Source of the DNA: Myxococcota bacterium
GTDB lineage: Bacteria; Myxococcota; Myxococcia; Myxococcales; Myxococcaceae
Length of the DNA: 33,086 nt
Assembly (NCBI GenBank): GCA_049322255.1
Contig: JBMORE010000026.1
Span: forward strand, 1 to 33,086
Reading direction: 5' to 3'
Part shown: positions 9,418-20,217 of the stretch, in pieces
How the letters are laid out: every line of letters begins with the position of its first letter
Position numbering within the stretch: position 1 is the stretch's first letter
Notes under the pieces: generated by a model
Told to the model about the DNA's origin: nothing
Databases searched by the model: none
The model's input: the letters and a program-made list of their open reading frames with translations, nothing else
Translations under genes and position numbers: made by a program

Positions 9418-9846
9418 TCAAGATTCTTCGTCGAACGGTAGCAAGGTGAGCGGGGTTCGTTCCTTGAGCTTGAGCATGCGAAAGTGGCGAAGGTCGAGCG
9501 TGAGGATGCGTTCGATGCCCAGCCGCTCCGCGGTGGCAAGGATGCTGGTGTCCACGATTCCCAGGTCATGCTCACCAAAGCGACGAAGGATCCGCAGCGC
9601 TCGACGGAGGTCGTCGTCGCGCATCTCCTCGCGCACGTAGGCCCCCGACACGAGGTCGTCGAGAAAGGCCTCTTGCGCCTGTCGCCCGACGCGGGTCATC
9701 AACAAGTAGTCCACCTCGGCGATGACGAGCTCCGGGACGACCACCGCCTCTGGCTCGGCCTCCAGTATTCTGCGTACCCGCGCGTGAGCGGGCTCGTTTC
9801 GGTCGATGCTGGCAATGAGGCCGCTGGTATCAGCGATGAGCGCCAT
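9418..9846 (-). CDS. vapC: VapC PIN-domain toxin
   Basis: LIADTS, VIAEVDY, LGIVDTSILATAE and ILTLDLRHF acidic PIN residues. Confidence 0.92.
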   Translation of the reverse strand: MALIADTSGLIASIDRNEPAHARVRRILEAEPEAVVVPELVIAEVDYLLMTRVGRQAQEAFLDDLVSGAYVREEMRDDDLRRALRILRRFGEHDLGIVDTSILATAERLGIERILTLDLRHFRMLKLKERTPLTLLPFDEES

Positions 9847-10066
9847 CTCGTCCGAAGCCCTGCGCCAACAGCTCGTCGACGCGGTCAGCCGTGTCGCCTG
9901 GCCCCGCAGCGAGACCGAGGGACTTGGGTCGGGGCCGCCCGCCAGACTTCGTGTATTGCTGGAGCGCTTCGCGAATCAGAGCCGCCTCCGGCTTGCGCCG
10001 CTGTCGGGCGAGGCGCTTGAGCGCCCGGTACTCTTCTTCTCCGAGATAGACCGTCGTCTTTCGCAT
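9830..10066 (-). CDS. vapB: RHH/CopG-family antitoxin
   Basis: MRKTTVYL..EEYRALKRLA...EAALIREAL RHH pattern; overlaps the vapC start. Confidence 0.88.
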   Translation of the reverse strand: MRKTTVYLGEEEYRALKRLARQRRKPEAALIREALQQYTKSGGRPRPKSLGLAAGPGDTADRVDELLAQGFGRDGAHR

Positions 10067-10067
10067 C

Positions 10068-10103
10068 TGCCATAGACGCTAAGTCCAATTGCCGTATGTG
10101 GCA
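10068..10103. promoter_or_regulatory. Putative vapBC operator (imperfect inverted repeat)
   Basis: TGCCATAGACG (10068-10078) and CGTATGTGGCA (10093-10103), 9 of 11 positions complementary, between divergent vapB and recF. Confidence 0.45.
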
Positions 10104-10138
10104 AGAGGAACCGGAGCCAGGAATGATAAAGCAAAGCC

Positions 10139-11263
10139 GTGCGGCTCTTGGCCCTGCGGGCGCGCGATTTTCGGAACCTGGCCCACGTCGAGCTCTCTGC
10201 CTCGCCGCGCGCCACGGTGGCGGTGGGTGCCAACGGTCAGGGCAAAACCAACCTGCTCGAAGCCATTTATTTTTTGGCCACCCTCAAGCCCTTGCGCCAA
10301 AGCAGGCTGGCGGAGCTGGTGCGCTTCGCTTCGCCACGCGCTTGGGTGGAAGGGCGGTTTCACCTTCGAGGCGCCGAGCGGCTCATCGCGGTGGAGGTGA
10401 GCGAGGCGGGCACCCGGCAGGCGTTCGTCGACGAGAAGAAGGCCCCCAGCCTGGAGGAGTACTTCGGCGGCGTCTCGGTGGTCGCCTTCACTCCCGATGA
10501 CCTTTCGGTGGTGAAAGGCGGACCGGAGGGGCGGCGAACGTTTTTGGACCGGGCAGTGTTCAACCGCTTCCCGGCGTACCTCAAAGAGAGCCGCGTCTAC
10601 GCCCGGGCGCTCAAGAGCCGCAACCGCTTGCTCAAGGAGCGCGCCGACCCGGCCTACCTCTCGGCGTACGACGAGGCGCTCTCCAGCGCGGGCGCTCGTT
10701 TGTGGACACGGCGGCGAGCGTTGCTGGAGGAGCTTTCTCCGCGGGCGGCCCGGGCCTTCTCTGCCATCGGACGCATCGAGGCTCCGGCGCGTTTTTCCTA
10801 TGCCCCTTCACACCTGGAGGTGAGCTTCGCCGATGTCGGCGAGCCCGAGCTCTCCGCCGCGCTGCGGGAGGCCCTGCGGACACGGCTGGCGCGCGATTTG
10901 GAGCGCGGTTTCACCTCGGTGGGTCCACACGCCGACGACCTCACCGTGGGCTTGGGCGAGCGCGCCGCCAAGAGCTTCGCCTCGCAGGGCCAGCAGCGGG
11001 CGCTGGTGTTGGCGTGGAAGATTGCCGAAATCGAAAACCTCGCCGCCGCCCTCGGCTATTTGCCGCTGCTCCTCCTCGACGACGTCTCCAGCGAGCTCGA
11101 CCCCGAGCGCAACGCGTACCTGATGGAGTACCTCGCCCAGAGCGGGGCGCAGGTGTTTCTCACCACCACCGACCCATCGCTGGTGAAGGCCGCGGCGGGG
11201 GCGGACACCGCGTGGTACCGGGTCAAGAGCGGCGAGGTGTTATCTTTACATTCGCCATGTTGA
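10139..11263 (+). CDS. recF: DNA replication/repair protein RecF
   Basis: FRNL, Walker A GANGQGKTNLLEAI, GGPEGRRTFLD, GPHADDL, ASQGQQR, LLLDDVSSELD. Confidence 0.98.
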   Translation: MRLLALRARDFRNLAHVELSASPRATVAVGANGQGKTNLLEAIYFLATLKPLRQSRLAELVRFASPRAWVEGRFHLRGAERLIAVEVSEAGTRQAFVDEKKAPSLEEYFGGVSVVAFTPDDLSVVKGGPEGRRTFLDRAVFNRFPAYLKESRVYARALKSRNRLLKERADPAYLSAYDEALSSAGARLWTRRRALLEELSPRAARAFSAIGRIEAPARFSYAPSHLEVSFADVGEPELSAALREALRTRLARDLERGFTSVGPHADDLTVGLGERAAKSFASQGQQRALVLAWKIAEIENLAAALGYLPLLLLDDVSSELDPERNAYLMEYLAQSGAQVFLTTTDPSLVKAAAGADTAWYRVKSGEVLSLHSPC

Positions 11264-11832
11264 GCGCCCTCGAAACGAGCTTCCTCCTCGACCGGCGCTG
11301 GCATTTGCTGAGGGGTGAAATGGAGCAATCGAAAAAGCCAGCCCTCTACTTGCTGGCCAAGGTATTGGCAGAGGCACGCACTCCTTACGCCATCATCGGC
11401 GGCATCGCCGTCCAGGTGCACCAAGCGGAGCCGCGGACCACGCTGGACATCGACGTGGCGGTGCTCGACCGTTCTGCGCTTCCGCGCGAGCTTCTGCAGT
11501 CAGCCGGGTTCAAGATGACTGGCCAATTCGAGCACTCGGAGAACTGGCTCGGTCCCGATTCGACGCCGGTCCAATTCACCGATGATGCCCAGCTTCGCGA
11601 CGCGGTCGGCCGGGCAGAGGGAATTCCGCTCGAGGATGTCTCTTTGCGCATCATCCGGGCGGGAGATTTGCTTCGGGCCAAGCTCCGAGCCGCTGCGGAT
11701 TCGGCGCGGAGAAAGTCCAAACGGCTGCAGGACCTCGCCGATGCGGAGGCGCTGGTGGAGAAAGAGCCAGCCCTCCAGGAGACGCTGACGCCACAGGAGC
11801 GGGCGCAGCTCGAACGGTTGTTCGAGCCCTGA
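11257..11832 (+). CDS. Nucleotidyltransferase (MenT1-like / AbiEii clan), no obvious antitoxin
   Basis: YAIIGGIAVQVHQAEPRTTLDIDVAV and LLRAKLRA...KRLQDLAD motifs. Start is 11257 or 11320 (GAGGGG RBS). Confidence 0.75.
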   Translation: MLSALETSFLLDRRWHLLRGEMEQSKKPALYLLAKVLAEARTPYAIIGGIAVQVHQAEPRTTLDIDVAVLDRSALPRELLQSAGFKMTGQFEHSENWLGPDSTPVQFTDDAQLRDAVGRAEGIPLEDVSLRIIRAGDLLRAKLRAAADSARRKSKRLQDLADAEALVEKEPALQETLTPQERAQLERLFEP

Positions 11833-11846
11833 GGCCGCCGCCGACA

Positions 11847-12212
11847 CTAAAGCTCCAGCACGTGCTTTGCCCCGAGATGCTCGAGGATGACCGCATCCGC
11901 AGTGGCCAGCTTCCAGCCGCGGTAGAGCGCGTGCGCAGCCAAGAGACGGTCAAAGAGGTCGCGCGTCCAGGAAAGATCAAACGCGCGCTCAAACCACTCC
12001 ACGCTTGGTGGCGCATCGAGAGCCCAGCGCGGGTCATCGGCGACGGTCGAGAGGGACCGCTTCAGCCGTAGCCGCCCGCATTCCACCAACAGCTGCAGCT
12101 CGAGGAGACAGACCGGCGAAACGTAGAGCGAGCCGGCGAAACGATGCAGCGGGCGCGCGCGGCGTCCGTTGGTTTCGAGCCACAGCAGGGCATGGGTATC
12201 GAGGAGAATCAC
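11847..12212 (-). CDS. vapC: VapC PIN-domain toxin
   Basis: ILLDTHALLW, SPVCLLE, RDLFDRLLAAHA, LATAD. The GTG overlaps the antitoxin TGA. Confidence 0.9.
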   Translation of the reverse strand: MILLDTHALLWLETNGRRARPLHRFAGSLYVSPVCLLELQLLVECGRLRLKRSLSTVADDPRWALDAPPSVEWFERAFDLSWTRDLFDRLLAAHALYRGWKLATADAVILEHLGAKHVLEL

Positions 12213-12466
12213 CGAGGCTTCTTCGGCGGCCGCGGGGCGAATTCCAAGCCGCGCGGACCGGTTTGCCAGGTCCACTGACCGGCTTCGACGGCAGGATCCA
12301 TCCACTCCACACGCGACGGAGGCACCTTCTTGGGTCGTGCCCTTCTCTCCGTCTTGACGACGAAACGTCGCTCACCCCGCTCAATCACCACCGCCTCACC
12401 GCGTTCTGCCGCATCGAGCAAGTCAGAGAGGTGCTGCCGCGCCTGCGAAGCCGAATACCGTTTCAT
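12209..12466 (-). CDS. Phd/YefM-family antitoxin
   Basis: YSASQARQHLSDLLDAAERGEAVVIERG Phd signature. Confidence 0.9.
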   Translation of the reverse strand: MKRYSASQARQHLSDLLDAAERGEAVVIERGERRFVVKTERRARPKKVPPSRVEWMDPAVEAGQWTWQTGPRGLEFAPRPPKKPR

Positions 12467-12470
12467 GACA

Positions 12471-12483
12471 TGTACAATGTACA
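12471..12483. promoter_or_regulatory. Phd/YefM-type operator (tandem TGTACA palindromes)
   Basis: TGTACA-A-TGTACA immediately upstream of the antitoxin ATG. TGTACA is the core of the E. coli yefM-yoeB operator. Confidence 0.6.
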
Positions 12484-12522
12484 AATCAAAATCACCGCCG
12501 GCAAGGCGGCCCCGCCCAGCGC

Positions 12523-12942
12523 TCAGGTTCCGGCGCGGGTGATACCGCACTGGGCGAAGAAGTCGCGCAAGCGATCCTGCTCGCCTTCGAGGTTTTGATG
12601 GACGATATGGGTGATCAACCCCCGCTGCTCATCTACTTTCAGGAGTTGCCGACAGCGATACTCATGCCGCCGGGTGCCCCTTTGGATCCGGTCGGTGAAC
12701 AAGATGAAAAACGTCTCGGGTGAGGCGCGCTCTACGTGCGACTCGAATTCGACGGCGTCGAGCACGCGACGGGCCCACTCCGAATTCTCACGATAGGAGT
12801 GGATGATTGGCTCGCGGCCCACAAGGACGTCCTTCCCCGTGTCGTAGGAGCAGTCCTCCGCCAGAAGCCTCCCGGCGGTGGTGAAATCATCGGCGTCGAG
12901 CGCGTGGGCGAATCGCTCGGCGATGGCTCGCCCGGGGTGCAC
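12523..12942 (-). CDS. NTF2/SnoaL-like domain protein
   Basis: AIAERFAHALDADDF..AGRLLAEDCSY...GREPI pattern; GTG start. Confidence 0.75.
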   Translation of the reverse strand: MHPGRAIAERFAHALDADDFTTAGRLLAEDCSYDTGKDVLVGREPIIHSYRENSEWARRVLDAVEFESHVERASPETFFILFTDRIQRGTRRHEYRCRQLLKVDEQRGLITHIVHQNLEGEQDRLRDFFAQCGITRAGT

Positions 12943-12947
12943 GTTCC

Positions 12948-12979
12948 GCAGTGTAGCGATGCCGCTGCCTGTACACTGC
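12948..12979. promoter_or_regulatory. Symmetric divergent promoter
   Basis: GCAGTGTA-16 bp-TACACTGC. On each strand TACACT lies 7 nt before a GTG start. Confidence 0.5.
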
Positions 12980-12984
12980 TCCGG

Positions 12985-13425
12985 GTGGATGAATTCTTTC
13001 CCTACCACCCGCGCGGCCCACGACGGCTCTTGCTCGCCGGGGCGCTCGTCAGCACAGCGCTCGCGGCGTGGGCCATCGCCAACGCGATGCGCGGCGCCGA
13101 GCCCTTCGCCTACCTTCGTGCGCTCGTCAGTCTCGTTCTCTTGTGCGCCATGGGCTGGACCCACCATCGCCTGCGCCCGCGCCCCTCGTTCGGAGTCCGT
13201 CTGGGGCCCGGGGCCCTGGTCGTCGGCCGTCCCCTGGGCGGCGAGCTCGCCTTCCCCTTCAACGAGCTGACCAGCGTTCGTCTGCAGGGCCGCGCCATCG
13301 AGCTGACCTTCCGCGACGGCCAAAGCCTTCGGCTGCCGCGCCAACTGTTTGCCGATCAGCACGCCTTCGCCGCCCTGGCCCGGGCTCTCGAGCAACGGGC
13401 CCCGCGCAGCTGGAGCGACGCCTAA
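12985..13425 (+). CDS. Small membrane protein (two TM helices plus PH-like C-terminal domain)
   Basis: Two hydrophobic segments followed by a beta-rich region (LAFPFNELTSVRLQGRAIELTF). Confidence 0.65.
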   Translation: MDEFFPYHPRGPRRLLLAGALVSTALAAWAIANAMRGAEPFAYLRALVSLVLLCAMGWTHHRLRPRPSFGVRLGPGALVVGRPLGGELAFPFNELTSVRLQGRAIELTFRDGQSLRLPRQLFADQHAFAALARALEQRAPRSWSDA

Positions 13426-13448
13426 CACAGCGCGTCATTTAGCACCCG

Positions 13449-13465
13449 CTAAAGGACTGTTCAGC
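13449..13465 (+). promoter_or_regulatory. Candidate Myxococcus-type LexA box
   Basis: CTAAAGGACTGTTCAGC matches 15 of 17 positions of the M. xanthus consensus CTRHAMRYBYGTTCAGS (recalled). Confidence 0.4.
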
Positions 13466-13512
13466 ACTGCAATTTGATTGTGATTTCGTGCGTTTAAGAA
13501 CAACCAACGTTC

Positions 13513-16040
<2,528 letters not shown>

Positions 16041-16092
16041 GGCGCAACGCGAACTCCCCTATCATTCGAAAGACAGCGTTCGAAGACCGTGG

Positions 16093-16166
16093 TGGGGCGT
16101 CGTCTAATGGCAGGACATCAGACTTTGGCTCTGATTATCAAGGTTCGAATCCTTGCGCCCCAGCCA
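16093..16166 (+). tRNA. tRNA-Gln (anticodon TTG)
   Basis: Acceptor stem TGGGGCG/CGCCCCA, anticodon arm TCAGA-CTTTGGC-TCTGA, T-loop GGTTCGAATCC, encoded CCA. Confidence 0.96.
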
Positions 16167-16192
16167 TTCCTTCGCGGTGAGAGGACCGGCGA

Positions 16193-16714
16193 ATGAGCAA
16201 GCTGCTGCAGCTGGTGACGGTGGGCAGCGCGCCGGCGGCGCTGCTCAAGGACTTGGAAGAGCCGCTCGCGATGCAGCTGGGCGTAAGCGCGGTTCCCGGC
16301 AAGACGCCGCTGCAGGCTCCCGCCTATGCCTTCAACAAAGACCGCCAGCAGTACCACTCCAACGCCATCATGCGCCGGCTGGTGCCGCTCATCGAGCCCG
16401 GGCAGAGCTTCGTCTTGGCGCTCGCCGACGTCGACCTCTTCGTGCCTGACTCCAGCTTCGTCTTCGGGGAGGCGGATCGCGAGTCGAAGGTGGCGGTGCT
16501 CTCCCTCTTTCGGCTGAAGCACCCCTCCCCTGACGGGTTGCGCCGCCGCGCCCAGGTGGAGGCGGTACACCAGGCGGGCCACCTGGTGGGCCTCTCCTAC
16601 TGCGACGACCCCCGGTGCGTGATGTTTTTGGCCACCAGCCCCGCCGACTGCGACCGCAAGGGGCTGGCGCTGTGCAACGTGTGTCGCAACGAGCTGGCCA
16701 AGCTCAACCGGTGA
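16193..16714 (+). CDS. Non-proteolytic archaemetzincin-like (M54) protein
   Basis: RQQYHS, DVDLF..FVFGEA. The metzincin motif is altered to HQAGHLVGLSYC. Cys cluster CDDPRC...LCNVC retained. Confidence 0.85.
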   Translation: MSKLLQLVTVGSAPAALLKDLEEPLAMQLGVSAVPGKTPLQAPAYAFNKDRQQYHSNAIMRRLVPLIEPGQSFVLALADVDLFVPDSSFVFGEADRESKVAVLSLFRLKHPSPDGLRRRAQVEAVHQAGHLVGLSYCDDPRCVMFLATSPADCDRKGLALCNVCRNELAKLNR

Positions 16715-16717
16715 GGT

Positions 16718-16752
16718 CCCCTCTCCCTCTGGGAGAGGGTTAGGGTGAGGGG
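16718..16752 (+). repeat. BoxC-like hairpin/G-tract repeat, copy 1
   Basis: CCCCTCTCCCTCTGGGAGAGGGTTAGGGTGAGGGG, 3 nt after a stop codon. Confidence 0.75.
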
Positions 16753-16826
16753 TGAATTCTTCGTCCAGCGTTGACGTCTGTGCAGCCGCTTCGTTTACTC
16801 CCGGCCGGTCCCTCCCCGGAGCGTTC

Positions 16827-17762
16827 ATGTCCCGTTGGCACGGTTTGGTCGTGGTGCTGCTCCTTCCGCTCGGCTGTCCGTTGTTGAACGACGACGGCGG
16901 CGGTGGCGGTAGCAACTCGGTGGTTTTCAGCAAAGGCTTCGTCTTCGTGCGCAAGGACGACCGCAACGTCTATGTCGCGGACGAGGCCGACCTCTCCACC
17001 GTGGGACGCCTGACGACCGCGGGCGGAGCGCATCACCCCTCACTCTCCCAAGACGGCCGCCAGGTGGTGTTCGTGCAAACCAACGGCGGCGAATCGGCCA
17101 TTCAAACCGTGGCGGTGAACGGGGGCGCGCTGCCCTCGACGGTGTTCTCCTCCACCGCGACTCAGAAGAATCTGCGCACGCCGGTGTTCTCTCCCGACGG
17201 GAGAAAAATCGCTTTCGCCTACGACGAAGGGGCCTCCTCCTCGATTGGGTGGGTGAACGCCGACGGCACCGGCTTCGAGCGGCTGGCCGGGGGCAGCGCG
17301 CTCTCCTATGCCTCGCCCTCGTTTTACTCCGATGGCACCCGGCTTTTGGCCATCGCCGGCAGCTCGAGCGCCACCTACACCCAGCTGGAGAACATCGACC
17401 TGGCTACTGGCACGGCCACCAACGTCACCAGCAACCTGGGCCCCGCGGCGCTGCAGGTGGCCAACCGGGTGGTGGTTTCGCCCGACGGGAGCAAGGCGGC
17501 CTTCGACGCGCGCACCTCGGTGGGTGGAGTGCGCATCTTCGTCATCGACCTGACCAGCAAAGAGGTGGGCCAGCTCACCGAGTACCCGGCGGATCCGAAC
17601 GTGGTCGACGGCTTTCCCACCTGGGTGGGGATTTCTCAGGTGGGCTTCTCTTCCGACTCGGGGGGCAACGACCAGGTGTACGCCTTGCCGGCGAACATCA
17701 CCAAGTCCTCCGGCGGGCTGAAGCTGCCCAGCGCCATCGAACCTTGGTACGGCCCCAACTGA
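16827..17762 (+). CDS. TolB-like (PD40 repeat) beta-propeller lipoprotein
   Basis: Lipobox PLGC; repeats PSLSQDGRQVVF, PVFSPDGRKIAF, PSFYSDGTRL, VSPDGSKAAF. Confidence 0.85.
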   Translation: MSRWHGLVVVLLLPLGCPLLNDDGGGGGSNSVVFSKGFVFVRKDDRNVYVADEADLSTVGRLTTAGGAHHPSLSQDGRQVVFVQTNGGESAIQTVAVNGGALPSTVFSSTATQKNLRTPVFSPDGRKIAFAYDEGASSSIGWVNADGTGFERLAGGSALSYASPSFYSDGTRLLAIAGSSSATYTQLENIDLATGTATNVTSNLGPAALQVANRVVVSPDGSKAAFDARTSVGGVRIFVIDLTSKEVGQLTEYPADPNVVDGFPTWVGISQVGFSSDSGGNDQVYALPANITKSSGGLKLPSAIEPWYGPN

Positions 17763-17818
17763 CGGCGTAAGGAATCGGCGGCACGTGTCACTGGCTCCTT
17801 CAGATTGAAGGAGGAGCC

Positions 17819-18907
17819 ATGTTGCGGGCCCTTGTATGCGGCTTCGCCGCCGTCAGCGTGTTGGGAGGCTGTCAGGCCTACGACTTCGAGCCGGTGGAAC
17901 CGGTGGCCATCGCGCAGACCACCGTCTCGAGACGTGTGGACCAGCGGCAGCCCGAGCCCAATCTGATGCTGGTGGTGGACAAATCGGGCTCGATGGCCGA
18001 GCCCATCGACCGTAGTGCGGTGGAGTGCCAGGTGGCCGGCAACCCCTGTGGGCCCTCCAGGCAGTGCCCCGCCGGCTGCAAAACCCGCATCAGCGAGCTG
18101 CAGAGGGCGATGGGCGAGTTCCTCTCCCAGCATGGCGAGGTGGCGCGCATGGGGCTGGCGGTGTTTCCCATGGCGAGCGATGTGTGCGCGCCGGGTGCGG
18201 TGACCATCGACGTCGCTTCATCCCAGGCGGGGGACATTCGTGCCGCCATCGATGCGCTCCAGGTCGGCGGCGGCACGCCCACCGCGCCCACGTTGCAAGC
18301 GCTGGCGAGCCACGCGCCGCTGCGAGACCCGAATCGTCAGGACTTCGTCCTCCTGCTCACCGACGGGCTGCCCAACTGCCAAGGAGGAGACCCGAACACC
18401 TGTGTCTGCGTCGTCAACGGCCAGGTGGATCCGAGCTGCCACCCGCTCAACTGCTTGGAGAAGCAGGCCACCCTGGCGGCCATCACCGCGCTGCGCCAGG
18501 TGGAGGTGAAGACCATCGTGGTGGGCTTCGGCGCCGACACCGCTCAAGCGGGAACCGCGCGGGATGTTCTCAACGCGATGGCCCAGGCAGGCGGGTTTTC
18601 CGAGACGTACTTCCAGGCCTCCAACGCCGAGGAGCTGGGGCAGCAGCTCGCGAAGATCTCGGACGAAATCGACCCGAATGATGTCTGCGTGTACAAGTTG
18701 AACGCTTCCCCGTCCGATGACCGCTTCATCTCGGTCCTCCTCCGCTCCCTGGGCGGCGAAGAGCGCGTGCCCCAGGGGCCGGACACCTGGGAGCTCAAGG
18801 ACGGGACCCTGACGTTCATCGAGTTGGGCAGTGTGTGCCCCAGGCTCCGTGCCGCCACGACGCTCGACCCCATCGACGTCGAGATTCGGGTGGTGGAAAG
18901 CCTGTAG
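17819..18907 (+). CDS. cglB: Adventurous gliding motility lipoprotein CglB (VWA domain)
   Basis: GCQAYDFEPVEPVAIAQTT N-terminus; MIDAS residues DKSGS, GGTPT, LTDGLPNC; Cys-rich; AGGAGGAG RBS. Confidence 0.85.
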   Translation: MLRALVCGFAAVSVLGGCQAYDFEPVEPVAIAQTTVSRRVDQRQPEPNLMLVVDKSGSMAEPIDRSAVECQVAGNPCGPSRQCPAGCKTRISELQRAMGEFLSQHGEVARMGLAVFPMASDVCAPGAVTIDVASSQAGDIRAAIDALQVGGGTPTAPTLQALASHAPLRDPNRQDFVLLLTDGLPNCQGGDPNTCVCVVNGQVDPSCHPLNCLEKQATLAAITALRQVEVKTIVVGFGADTAQAGTARDVLNAMAQAGGFSETYFQASNAEELGQQLAKISDEIDPNDVCVYKLNASPSDDRFISVLLRSLGGEERVPQGPDTWELKDGTLTFIELGSVCPRLRAATTLDPIDVEIRVVESL

Positions 18908-18937
18908 GGTGGTTATGTCCTCCGCAGAGGAGGACAC

Positions 18938-19324
18938 ATGGGCGTATCGACCATCGACCTCACCGCGGAGAATTTCGAGCCCACGGTGAAGAAGGACGGC
19001 ATCGTCTTCATTGACTTTTGGGCGCCCTGGTGCGGCCCCTGCCGGTCGTTTGCTCCCGTCTACGAGCAGTCGGCGAGCAAACACTCGGACGTCACCTTCG
19101 CCAAGGTGAACACCGATGAGCAGCAGGAGCTCGCCGCCGCCTTCGAGATTCGCGGCATCCCCACCTTGGCGGTGTTTCGCGACGGAGTGCTCCTGTTCAA
19201 GCAGGCGGGGGCGCTGCCCGCCGCGGCGCTCGAGGACCTCGTCACCCAGGCGCAGAAGCTCGACATGGACCAGGTGCGCAAGGAGATTGCAGCGGCGAAG
19301 GCGAAACAGCCCCCGCCGAGCTAG
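18938..19324 (+). CDS. trxA: Thioredoxin
   Basis: DFWAPWCGPC, IRGIPTL; GAGGAGG RBS. Confidence 0.93.
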   Translation: MGVSTIDLTAENFEPTVKKDGIVFIDFWAPWCGPCRSFAPVYEQSASKHSDVTFAKVNTDEQQELAAAFEIRGIPTLAVFRDGVLLFKQAGALPAAALEDLVTQAQKLDMDQVRKEIAAAKAKQPPPS

Positions 19325-19351
19325 ATTCGCCCCCTTCGAAGGAGGCGGTCG

Positions 19352-20167
19352 ATGCGCACGGGACTCATGGTGGTGGCCTTGTCGGTGGCGCTGGCGGGGT
19401 GCTCCGACGCGAAGAAGCGCGCCGAGGAGCGCCAGCGGGCGTTGGACGAAGCCAAGGCTGCGCGGAAGGACGCGGCCGACCAGCCAGCGGCGGTGCCGCA
19501 AGAGGCAGTGAAGCTGGAGCCGGTTTGGGACGATGCGGCCTACGTCCGGGTGAGCGCGGATGCGGCCTGCCCCGAAGGGATGTGGGCTCTCTTTCCCGGC
19601 GAGGCCCCGGGAGACGGCGAGGAGAAGAAGGCCAACGCACAAAAACGCGCCGGTTACGCACAGGCGCTGCGCGCATCGACGGTGCTGGTGAAACTGCGCG
19701 CGCCGGCGGGGGTGAAGCTGCTCGCGTACGACGCGCCCAAGGGTCAGTTTCCCCTCGAGCTTTTGGGCACCATCGACTGCTCCGATTCCTTCGGGCGGGT
19801 GGCGATTGCCTGGACCGACGCCCAAGCCATCGTGCCCGGGCTGTCGGCGGCCAAAGCAGGCGCCGAGGTGGCGCAAAACATCTGGCAAGCGGAGGCGTTG
19901 CGCTACGAGCTGCCGATGAAGTCGATGTCCGAGGCGAAGGCCTTCGCTGAGAAGAACCGCTTCCAGCTCGAGGCGCGGCTGTTGCTCAAGCTGGGCAAGG
20001 TGGAGGTGGACAAAAAGACGTTCAAGACCACCAAGGTGACTCAAGGAGACATCACCCTGGGCGGCGGGGCGGAGGACTGGGGTGCCGGCCGGTTGGTGCA
20101 CGCGAGCCTTTTGGGCGTGCGGTTGGCAACGGACCGCGAGAAGACCGTCCTTCTGGAGAAGAAATAG
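19352..20167 (+). CDS. Hypothetical lipoprotein
   Basis: Lipobox LAGC; AGGAGG RBS; GC-biased codons. Confidence 0.8.
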   Translation: MRTGLMVVALSVALAGCSDAKKRAEERQRALDEAKAARKDAADQPAAVPQEAVKLEPVWDDAAYVRVSADAACPEGMWALFPGEAPGDGEEKKANAQKRAGYAQALRASTVLVKLRAPAGVKLLAYDAPKGQFPLELLGTIDCSDSFGRVAIAWTDAQAIVPGLSAAKAGAEVAQNIWQAEALRYELPMKSMSEAKAFAEKNRFQLEARLLLKLGKVEVDKKTFKTTKVTQGDITLGGGAEDWGAGRLVHASLLGVRLATDREKTVLLEKK

Positions 20168-20175
20168 AGCGTCGA

Positions 20176-20211
20176 CCCCCTCTCCGCCTGGGAGAGGGAT
20201 GGGGTGAGGGG
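20176..20211 (+). repeat. BoxC-like hairpin/G-tract repeat, copy 2
   Basis: CCCCCTCTCCGCCTGGGAGAGGGATGGGGTGAGGGG, 8 nt after the stop at 20167. Confidence 0.7.
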
Positions 20212-20217
20212 CGTCAG

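Noticed and set aside
10702..11256. 376-aa NTase ORF overlapping recF
   Set aside because: The extension is an off-frame shadow of recF; NTase motifs begin only after 11257.
16065..16087. Direct repeat TTCGAAGAC x2 upstream of the tRNA
   Set aside because: Only two 9-bp copies in a tRNA leader; no function can be supported.
16093..16166. tRNA-Gln as an integration site
   Set aside because: No duplicated tRNA 3' end and no integrase seen; downstream genes look like core genes.
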